27,666 nt of DNA from Candidatus Latescibacterota bacterium. GTDB taxonomy: Bacteria; Latescibacterota; UBA2968; UBA8231. Below the pieces are notes generated by a model. It made no database searches and was not told the DNA's origin. It worked only from the letters and a program-made list of their open reading frames with translations. Positions 18,969 through 27,666 of this stretch are shown here, one piece after another (within the stretch, counting starts at the first letter, position 1; each line of letters opens with the position of its first letter). A program made the translations under genes and the position numbers. The DNA is taken from assembly GCA_965205655.1 (NCBI GenBank), contig CBDBIJ010000119.1, forward strand, positions 1 through 27,666. The letters are read 5' to 3'.

Positions 18969-19115
18969 AGCGGCCAGGGCGTCGGGGTGCCAAACGGTCA
19001 CCGATGCCCGGCGCACCACCGGCCTGCCGGAGCGCGGGTCGAGGATGTGCCCGATGCGGAGGCCGTCCTCCAGCACTACGTCCCCCTCGGCTCCCCCGCT
19101 GGTGGCGAGCGATCC
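18969..19115 (-). pseudogene. ApbE (FAD:protein FMN transferase) internal fragment
   Basis: GSLATSGG...GLRIGHILDPRSGRP...SVTVWHPDALAA (ATSG, HIxDPxxG, SVTV motifs). Confidence 0.78.
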
Positions 19116-19150
19116 TGTAGCCGGGTCGCTTGCGTGCCTGTTGTGCTGCC

Positions 19151-21896
19151 CTACCAGCGGGCGGTGGCCCGTGCGACGAGGGCACGCTCCGTGCTGCCGA
19201 GGCGGTCAAGGAGGTTCATGTGCTCCCGGCGCTCGGCATCGATCCCGAGCTCGAACTCCAGACCCTCTCCCCGGAGTACGCCGACGCTGTAGCCCAGCCG
19301 GTATTCGCGTCCCATTGCGGAAGTGCCGAAGCCGACCCTCGGCGTTCCGATCAAGCGGTCTCCGAGCGCCATTCCGTAACCGAGGTCCGTGAGCACGCTC
19401 CCACCGGATACATGGCCGCCGCGGGCCGCCAGCTCGGACACCGGCCCGCCACCCCACAGCGCCTCGGCTCCGCCCCGGTCCCGGCCGCCCCACGAGGGCT
19501 CCACCCGCGCCTTGAACCCCAGGGGCGTCGAGGGCATCGGGTCGAAGCTGAGCGATACGGACACGCCCCGGTCGCGGAACCCTTCCGCCTCGTGCACCAG
19601 CAGCGTCCGCATCCGCACCTCGGCCGACAGGCCCATCGCCGGGCTCGACACCAAGAGCTCCCCGCCGATGTCCACACCCGAGCCCCTCTCGGCGTCCCCG
19701 CCGTCGTGGCGAAGACCGACCTCCATGCCCGGCACGAGCGACAGCCCGCTACCGAAGCTGAAACCGCGAGAGCCCTCGAGCCCGGTGCGGAAACGGGTCA
19801 CCGCCGCATGGGTGCCCGCGAGACGCCCCATCGGGCCGTTCACCTCATCACTCGACGTGCCCCCCCAGAGCGCATCCGCCTTGAACGCCAACCGAAAGCC
19901 GCTCCTGCCCCCGGCACCGATCAGCTCGCCGCGCGTGCCGGCCGCCGCCATCACCATCGACAGGCCGCTCTTGAGAGCGAGCCCCATCGTCGTCGGAGCC
20001 GATCCGATCGTCGGCGCCAGACTCAGCGAGCCCAGCCCGTAGCCGGTCACACCCCAGAGCGTGATGCGGTCCGTCGCCTTGTAGCCCACCCAGGGGTAGA
20101 GGCCCGTCACCGAGGACGCCACCTGGCCACCGTCGACGCCCTCGTAGCTGCCCAGGCTCCGGCTGTGCGACAGCGACAGCCCTGCCACCAGCGGCCCCCG
20201 GGCGTATTCGGCCCCGAGCATCGACGTGCGCACCTCGCCGTCAAGCGACAGCGCACCCTGCTGGCCCAGGAATCGCGACTGCGCACTCCGGCCCCACACC
20301 GAGAAGACCCCGCCCCGGGTCATCTTGCGGTCCAGCGAGAAGGCCGAGCCGGCCAGCGCGTCACCGCCCCCGAGTCCCAGCACGTCCCTGGCCGTCTCGG
20401 TGCCGCTGCCGAGCGCCGGGATCCCGGTCGACGCTCTCTCCGCAGCCGGAGCTCCGGGCATCGGATCGGGACCGTTTGCACCGGCCGAGGCAGCGAGCTG
20501 GCCGAGGAAACCGAGCGCCGTGTCGCGCATCCTGCCGGGTCGCAGCTCCTCCAGGTCCCTGCCCCTGAACTGGCCACGGAAGCCCGGCTCGCGCTGCTCC
20601 TCGAGCCGTTGCTCCACCTGCTCGACCACGTGCACAGCCGCCGTCCGCCCAAACCGCGCCATCAAAGCCTGCGGCAGCGGGTCGCTGTTCCTGATCGTTC
20701 CCGTCGCCTCGGCCCTCGTGATGGAGAGCGTCTGGGACGCGTCACCGCACAGCCGTGCATTGCTGATCTTGACCTTCACGGTCTCGCCGTTGTCGTTCAC
20801 CGAGTCGTCGATGATGCGGACGAAGGGCTTGTCCACCTTTTTTCCGATCTGTATCCAGTGGCTGCCTTCATGCTTTACGTAGTCCGTTCCTTCCGTGGCG
20901 GTGCCGCCCGAGATGGTCTCGAAGTCGTAACACACATAGTCGTCATACTTCTGCGAGAGCTTGACTTTGACCACGAGCCACCCGTTGTCCTCGTCCCCGG
21001 TCGCGTCTTTGATCCGAATGGTCAGACCCGGCACGGTGGTCGTGGAGGGCGGCGGCGCGGTGATCGTTCCCGTCGCCTCGGCGGTCGTGATGTCGAGGTC
21101 CTTTATTTTGTCGCCGTACGCATCGACCAGGCGAGCGTTGCTAAGCCTTACCTCCACCGTCTCCCCGGCGTCGTCGACTGTGTCCTCAATGAGCGCGAAG
21201 CCCATCTCGCACGGTCTTATCTCCCGCCAGAATGACGTGGGTGTAGGTGCGACGAGCATGGTAGTCGACGCCTTCGGTGGCGGTGCCTCCCGAAATAGTC
21301 TCGAAGTCGACCTTCACCGTGTAAGGCAAGGATCGCGAGAGCGTGACGTCGAACATGAGGTGGCCGGCGTTCTCGCTGGCGCTTGCGTCCGCGATCGAGA
21401 TGCTGCGCGGGGAGACGCCGGTGGTGGGTTCCGTCAGCGTGAGGGAGACGGTGTTTCCTGCGGTCCAGCTCAGTCCGGTATTGTTCCATCGTCTGAAACT
21501 GGCCAATTTGTTGCTGGCGTCCTCGAAGGCGAAGGCCGTGCCGTCGACGTTTAGCGTCAGGCCCTGCGTGGCGGTTGTAAGGTCCGTGTCAAAGTCGATC
21601 TCCAGCTGTCCGTTCGTACGGAGAAAGATGAACACGATCGGATAGTTCGTGCCGTCGTGCGTGAAGTCATCGTCACTAAGGCGGGCGCTGCAGAAACTAC
21701 TGGTAACAAAGTTGCTGCAGCCGAACACGCCGGAGCCAAGATCCCTTACGGTCAGCGTGCCCGACCAGACCTCGGTCTGCGCCTGGGCCTGCAGCGGCAG
21801 GGCTAGGAGCGCGGCGACGGCCACGAGGAGCCAGGCCGCGCAGACGCCCCGGGTCGGCGCTCGTGCGCGCGGACGCGGTCTCATTGCTTCCGACAT
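19151..21896 (-). pseudogene. Autotransporter-like outer-membrane protein with two Calx-beta domains; one frameshift near 21210
   Basis: Signal LLVAVAALLALPLQAQAQ; two repeats ..I.DA...E......V.LS......DFETISGGTATEG.DY...D.V.D.GETV.V..SNARL; C-terminal beta-barrel ending ARATARW. Start approximate. Confidence 0.78.
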
Positions 21897-22034
21897 CAAC
21901 ACCCGTGTCAACCTGTTCGCGTGGCTGCATACTCAACGATCCTCCGTGCCGGTAAACAAGAACCCGCGTGTCTCATGAACGCATTAGGTGGACCGACCTG
22001 GGAGTGTATCGGATCCCGTGTCGGATTCTGTGTC

Positions 22035-22392
22035 TCGCAGACGTCGTCACGCCGACGCCCCGGTCGTCAGCCACGTGCAACCGACCCGCCTCCGGCACAC
22101 ATGTGCCACGGCGGCCGCGCAAGGCGTTGACCTCGCCGTGATCGATACACCCGCGCGGACGGAAGCCGCGGCACTTGAAGCGGCGCGGGTGGCCGACCTG
22201 GTGGTCATCCCTTGTCGCCCGCAGATCTACGATGTCGAGACCATCCCGGCGACTCAGCAGCTTCTCGCCCTCACCGGGCACCCCTCCGCGGTGGTGATCT
22301 TAAATGCGGTGCCCTCGCGCGGCCAGCGTCGAGTCGAGCAAGTGCGAACCGCCGTTGCGCGCTTCGGCTTACCGGTCTGTCCGTTCACCGTG
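22035..22392 (+). pseudogene. ParA-family ATPase internal fragment
   Basis: GVDLAVIDTPA...AARVADLVVIPCRPQIYDV...VVILNAV; Walker A and C-terminus absent. Confidence 0.75.
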
Positions 22393-22717
22393 GCAGGGCC
22401 AGGAGCCCGGCGACGGCCACAAGGAGCCCGGCCGTCGCGTAGCAGGCCACAGAACCTGCGCGCGACAACGCCGCCCCGGCCGACAGGCGGGACGCGCGAT
22501 GGTTGGACGCGGAAGAGGACCCGCCCGGAAAGTGCGGGCAGGATTCAGGGGGCCGACAGGGGCCGCATCGGAGCAGCCGACCCATGGTGCGCCGTGCATC
22601 CGTCCACTGCCCGCCGAGCTTCATCGTGCCGGTCCCGGTGCCCGCGGCGACAACCGCCCGACCGGCTCTCCCGGTCAACAGCCCCATCCACTCGATGACC
22701 CCCAGCTTTGGCTGCAA
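22393..22717 (-). pseudogene. Possible N-terminal leader of a second surface-protein gene, truncated
   Basis: Ends ...ATAGLLVAVAGLLALP, nearly the same as AAWLLVAVAALLALP of the autotransporter signal. Confidence 0.45.
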
Positions 22718-23075
22718 CGAACGTCCGGGCGTGTTTCAGAACCGACGGTCCCAGTCCACCGATCTCCCGACGAGCGCGCACGAGTGCCGAAAACAAATCG
22801 ACGAAAACTTAGCCGAACTGAAAATTTAACTAGTTGTACGCCACCCCGCTCTCCAAACGTTCGCGCAGAAGCAGCGCCTCGACGAGCGCGGATCGCATCG
22901 TATCGCCAACTCGAATCATCACCGCCCCCTCGGAGCCGGCGCCTGAGATCCCTCAACATGGGCCGTCACCGGCCCATTTGCCCGTAGGTTCCTCCGGAGA
23001 ACCAGCAGGAGGAGATAAGGCGCCTTCTCCAAATTGATCGCAGGCGGGCTGCCGGTACAAGACGCGGTGGCGACT

Positions 23076-23678
23076 TCAGGGCAGATCGGAGCGACCGGAG
23101 AAGGACACAAAGCCAACTTTGAGCCGTCCCCAGGACCGCCCCGCAACCGCCGTTGAAGCTGATCCCGGATAAAAGCCGGAGCCGAGGATGAACTCCTCAC
23201 CGAGGGCGGTATATGGGACGGCGTACCCCACCTTATGCGAGCCGGTCTCTTCGTCCCCTGCTACTGCTGGATCGTCCCAGAGATACTCGACGTAACCGCC
23301 TCCATCAGCCGCTGCGGCGAGGATCTCCTGCATAATTTTGACTCCATCGGAGTCTTCGAGATCGTACAGGTCCCGACCCTCGAGGTCCGAATCGACCGCG
23401 TGAAAGACTACGACACCATCCGTGGTTCCGGCATAGAGGTAGACGGAGCCCTGCTTCCAATCCCCGCCGGCCCTGAAGCTCTCCAAGGCGTCCCGGTACC
23501 CGGAAAGGGTCTCGAAGCTATCCAGGTACTCCCTCGCCTCCAGCACGAAGGCTTTCAGGGATTCCCGGTCTACCACGTCACTGGCCGTTACCTTCGCGTC
23601 GTTCTGGGCAACGGCGGGGTCCACTGCGAAGAAGAGGCTGGCCAGCCCCACAATGATTGCTGCTGTCAGGCGCTTCAT
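23076..23678 (-). CDS. Secreted stand-alone single Cache-domain protein
   Basis: GAGGAG RBS, signal peptide ending AVA-Q, WKQGSVYLYA...VVFHA...LEGRDLYDLEDSDGVKIMQEIL.AA..GGGYVEYLWDDP...KVGY...ILGSGFY. Confidence 0.82.
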   Translation of the reverse strand: MKRLTAAIIVGLASLFFAVDPAVAQNDAKVTASDVVDRESLKAFVLEAREYLDSFETLSGYRDALESFRAGGDWKQGSVYLYAGTTDGVVVFHAVDSDLEGRDLYDLEDSDGVKIMQEILAAAADGGGYVEYLWDDPAVAGDEETGSHKVGYAVPYTALGEEFILGSGFYPGSASTAVAGRSWGRLKVGFVSFSGRSDLP

Positions 23679-24355
23679 GATGGTCTCCTCGGCCGCAATG
23701 CCCACGGCCCGTCCGTGTGGTGCCCTAATGGGATGTTCACCGGTGAGTAAGGTAAGCGTAACGACGACCCCCCCGCCCCCGATGAGGCTTTATCCGCGAC
23801 CGTAGCGGACGCGAGCGACGGCGCCCCGTGCTGCCAACTGGCCCCGTGCATAGTGGCCCGGCATCGCCGGTGACTGCCACCTGCCCGCCGTCTGCATCTC
23901 GACAATCGAGGCCCCGCCGGCTGCCAGCGATTGCGCGCCACCAACTCGGAGACTGTTGCCGTCTGCCAGGCCATGCACCCGTTGCTGCGAATTTGGGCAA
24001 TATGGCGATCCCGAACGGTCGCATCACGCGCCGATTGCGGGCGGATCACTTTTGTCCTTTGGCGGCGGGATGACCACATCCAGGGTCTCCCCATACCGCT
24101 GCCTCAGCAGATTTCGTGTGGATGATCCATCGTAGGCGCCGTCAGCCAGAAAGCCCGTGACCGGGGCATCCAGCTGATCCAGGAGGCCGGGTAAGGCTGT
24201 GCTGCCTCCACCGTTATCGTGAGTCAGAGCGGCGCAAACAATCGCCCCGCTGGCGAGGTCCAGTCCGAGGTGGAGCTTGCGCCAGCGGCGGCGTATTCCC
24301 TTGGTGTTATGTTTCTGCGCTGGCCATTCGCCCTCGCCGAAGATCTTGAGGCCAG

Positions 24356-25731
24356 GAGCTAGGGTCAAATGGTGTGTAAACGACTCAGGCGGCGATCTTC
24401 TTCCTTTGCGCGATGGGTGATCCGTTTTCGTAGCACTCCCCGGCGTAGACGTCAGCCATGAGATGCGGTGCATTGAGTCGCCGGAATCGTTTCTCGGCCA
24501 CCATCAGTACCCGCCAAATGAGGGCGGTGGCATTGGCCACCTTCCTGTATCGTTTGGCCGCATTGGTTCGCAACCGTACCGAAGCGAAGGGACTTTCGAC
24601 GACGTTGGTGGTGCGCAGGTGTTGCCAGTGGGCCTCGGGAAAGTCGTAGAATGTCACCATACGGTCCCAATCGCGCTCGAGGATATCGACGGCGTCTGGA
24701 CACTCGCGGCGAAACCGTTTGGCGAATTGATCGCGACGTTTCGTCGCTTCCTGACGGGTGGGCGCGTACGGGATCTGTGTCAGCAGGTGCCGCCCTTCGA
24801 CCTGCACGCGTTTTGGCAGCTTATCCAGCACGTTCAGGATGCGGTGATTCCAGCATCGCTGTTCAGCCGTCTCCGGCCAGACCTCTGCCAGGGCCGCCCA
24901 GATACCCAGGTGCCCATCCGCCACCAACAACTTCGCCACGCTCAGTCCGCGGTCACGCAGATCGCGCAGTACGCCCGCCCACGACTCTGTCGATTCGCGA
25001 TAGCCCGGGACAATCGTCAGGACTTCTTTGCGCCCATCGCTCATCGCGCCGATGACCACCAGGAGAGCGGCTTTTTGCTTCTCAAGACCGGCTTTGACGT
25101 AGATCCCGTCCGCCCAGGCGTAGACGAGCTCGCGGTCATCCAGTCGTCGGCTGCGCCAGGCGTTGTATTCGACGATCCACTTCTCACGCAAACGAGCGAT
25201 CGAGGACGCCGACAAAGGCGCTCCCTTGCCCAGCAGGCCGCGCAGCGCCAGCTCGAAGTCGCCCTGAGACAAACCGTGCAGGTAAAGCTCTGGCAGCAGC
25301 TGACCTATTTCTTGGGTGCGCCGGGCGAACAGCGGCAGTACCGCACTCTCAAATCGCTCTTCCAGACCCCGCACCCAAGGGCGTTTCACCTCGATCGTGC
25401 CCGAGGTCAAGGACAGTCGCCGCCGCTTCCCGTACCCATTGCGGTAGCCGCCGGCTGCGTCCAACGGTGCCTGTCGCTCGTACCGTGACCGTCCCAGCGC
25501 ATGGGTGACTTCTTCATCCAGAACCGACTGCATCAGCGACTGAATCTGCGAGCGTGTCCACTCTTCCAGCGTTTCGAACGTGGGCATGGACATTTCCGTC
25601 GTGCTCGGCTTAGGTTGTGCCATGGCGATTCTCCTCTTCCTGCCGGGATAGCCCCGGCGTTTGTGATGGCTAATTACAAAGGAAGGGTAGGATCGCCGTC
25701 TGTCTATTTCCACACCTTCTGATTATAGCTC
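24356..25731 (-). mobile_element. IS256-family element type C, complete
   Basis: IRs GAGCTAGGGTCAAATGGTGTGTAAA / GAGCTATAATCAGAAGGTGTGGAAA; 9-bp target duplication TGAGGCCAG at 24347-24355 and 25732-25740. Confidence 0.93.
24385..25623 (-). CDS. IS256-family transposase
   Basis: GYRNGY, LYLHGLSQGDF, WADGIY, VADGHLG, QRCWNH, LRTTNVVES; GAGGAG RBS before MAQPK. Confidence 0.93.
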   Translation of the reverse strand: MAQPKPSTTEMSMPTFETLEEWTRSQIQSLMQSVLDEEVTHALGRSRYERQAPLDAAGGYRNGYGKRRRLSLTSGTIEVKRPWVRGLEERFESAVLPLFARRTQEIGQLLPELYLHGLSQGDFELALRGLLGKGAPLSASSIARLREKWIVEYNAWRSRRLDDRELVYAWADGIYVKAGLEKQKAALLVVIGAMSDGRKEVLTIVPGYRESTESWAGVLRDLRDRGLSVAKLLVADGHLGIWAALAEVWPETAEQRCWNHRILNVLDKLPKRVQVEGRHLLTQIPYAPTRQEATKRRDQFAKRFRRECPDAVDILERDWDRMVTFYDFPEAHWQHLRTTNVVESPFASVRLRTNAAKRYRKVANATALIWRVLMVAEKRFRRLNAPHLMADVYAGECYENGSPIAQRKKIAA

Positions 25732-26369
25732 TGAGGCCAGTACTGTCGACCACCAGATGGATAGGCACAGATCCTGCGTGCCTCATCACCTGAGCGATGC
25801 TCACCCCGTTTGCGCGACGCGACAGCGTGGAGTAATCCGGTACCCGTATATCCAACCCCATGAGCGTGCCGATGGAACCCATAAGCCCCTGTGTCTGACG
25901 CAGTCCAGGATGGTATGCCGTGCGCAGCATCAGGCATGTCTCGATCGCCAAATCCGAGTATCTGCGCTGACCACCCCGTGACGTGCGGCGCGGCGCGCTC
26001 CACACACTTTGAGCCTCCTCACTGACCCAAATCGTCAGGTCACCCCGTTGGCGCAAGCTCTCGTTCTATTCCGCCCAGTTGATCACCCGGTACTGCACCT
26101 TATCAAACTTGTGCCGTCGCGCTGCGTTGAACTTATGTGGCATTTAGAACAAGGTCTATATGGTCCACATTACCTCAAGGCTGTCGCGATTATTGCAGCA
26201 TTTTGTCCAGCCCATTGGGCACGCGACCTCAAACCAAGGGGAAGCGTGTCGAGATATCCTGTTTCACGGCGGGCAGGCGGGTGCAACAGCTGTTATGCTA
26301 GGCTCGGTACTCGTGTATCTCAAGCCGTGGAACAGTTCATCTATTTTCAGTTTTAGCAGTGGGATTCCC

Positions 26370-27514
26370 ATGAGGCGATTGGCGGTAATTCCGGGCGACC
26401 CAATTTTCAAGTATTATCAGAAGGGAGAGATCAAGGCAAGGTACTGGAATCCCTGCGAAATCTTCGACGAAGTGCACATCCTCTCCCTCAACAAGAAAGA
26501 CATCAAACCTGAAAAGGTTCAGTCTTTGGTGGGTCGTGCGAAGCTCCATATTCACGCGCTGGGGCGACCGAATGTTCTTACTCTGATTCGGTACTATCCG
26601 AAGGTTGCCAGATTTCTCCAGGAGCTAAACCCGGACATCGTCCGTTCCCACGGGCCTTGGCATAGTGGAAGCATTGCGTTTACGCTGCAAAAAAATCGGC
26701 GTTCCGTGTATCAACTCCATCCACAGTGATATCGACGCCATGCGCCGCTTCGACAAGCGGATTCTGCTTAGAATGGTTAAGCCGCTGGAGTATTACACGA
26801 TGGCCAATGCGTCGGTAGTTATTTGTGTGAGCAACTACCTGCACGAATACGCCGGTGCTCACCGCGCAAAAAGAATGGTAACGAACTACAATAGAGTATA
26901 TGCTGCACAGTTTCGACGCGAGATTCCGAGGAGAAAACATGGCCCCCCGAAAATTCTGACCGTGACGAGATTGGATCCTGGGAAGTATCCCGAGTGTTTG
27001 ATCCGAGCGATCGTCTCGTTGGATGCAAAGCTGAAGATTATCGGCCAGGGAACCTGCGCCGAATTCCTGCACGAACTCGCTCGAAAACTTGGGGTCGCAG
27101 ATCGTGTCGAGTTTATCGACATGGTGCCAAACCGGGACATTCATCTGCATTACCACGATGCTGATATATTCGCGCTTGCATCGCATTATGAAGGGTTCTG
27201 CATTCCCATTTTGGAAGCGATGGCCTCCGGTCTGCCGGTCGTTGCATGTAACACGAACCCGATTCCGGAGATTCTGGGTGGAGAGGGAGTGGTCGTCGAG
27301 AAGAATCCCAAAGCGTTCGAGCAGGCATTCAGAGATCTCATTGCAAATCCCGACAAGCGGACTGACCTCGGCACGGCCGCCATGAAGCGAGCATCGACAT
27401 TGGATGGAGAACTGATGGAAAAAACGAGAGGCCCAGCTGTTCGAAGCATTCATGTCAAAATCGGAAGACAAAATAGAGCGAATTTTTGCAGAAGACTTCC
27501 GTTACATCCGATGA
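26370..27514 (+). pseudogene. Glycosyltransferase family 4 (GT-B), two frameshifts (possibly sequencing errors)
   Basis: MRRLAVIPGD...PDIVRSHG / ...ADIFALASHYEGFCIPILEAMASGLPVVA; shifts near 26680 and at the A run near 27420. Confidence 0.85.
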
Positions 27515-27666
27515 CACGATCTCTTGGTTGCGTCCAATCTCTCAAGTCAGTCTGGGAAAGCACACAAGGCGCGCAGGTACGGAATTCCGGTTAATGGACG
27601 TAATCGATTTCCTTGACCAGATCGAATAAAGAGCAACTGATGAGCGAGGGCTGACCTGCCCCCCTG

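Larger units (their letters stand above)
23955..26143 (-). mobile_element. IS5-family (IS903 group) transposase pseudogene, split by IS256
   Basis: MPHKFNAARRHKFDKVQYRVINWAE*NESLRQRGDLTIW...YSDLAIETCL...LRQTQG...PDYSTLSRR...VVDSTGL / KIFGEGEW...WRKLHLG...ADGAYD...VIPP...MAWQ; 3' end lost. Confidence 0.88.

Noticed and set aside
19130..21235. 701-aa plus-strand ORF
   Set aside because: Antisense shadow of the GC-rich autotransporter gene; Arg/Pro/His-rich with no motifs.
21988..22698. Functional plasmid partition locus
   Set aside because: ParA fragment lacks Walker A and C-terminus; no parB, parS-like repeats or rep gene seen.

Overview
A GC-rich bacterial accessory region in advanced decay, crowded with insertion sequences and gene fragments. 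Mobile elements: the 5' part of an IS630 (1-441); four copies of two closely related IS256-family elements (5404-6832, 7892-9192, 14654-16080, 17025-17910); a third IS256 type (24356-25731, 9-bp target duplication) nested in an IS5/IS903-group remnant; and two directly repeated ends of an IS91/ISCR-like rolling-circle element (441-555 and about 5073-6895) that bracket a run of small co-oriented genes. Apparently intact genes are a NUDIX hydrolase, a secreted hypothetical protein, a GH116 glycosidase with a GHL10-like neighbour, and a stand-alone secreted Cache protein. Frameshifted or truncated genes include two aldo/keto reductases, three PhyH-like remnants, a GNAT, a cupin, a SpoIIE/PP2C domain, a sugar-phosphate isomerase, ParA, ApbE, a Calx-beta autotransporter-like protein and a GT4 glycosyltransferase. 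Not evident from the ORF track is an orphan mini-CRISPR (18417-18589; type I-G-like repeat, two spacers) with leader and the 3' half of cas2. The gene content suggests a sponge-symbiont-like lineage (inference only). Some single-base frameshifts may be sequencing errors. No clearly complete novel system is demonstrated; the best candidates are the IS91-like bracketed segment and the orphan CRISPR remnant.
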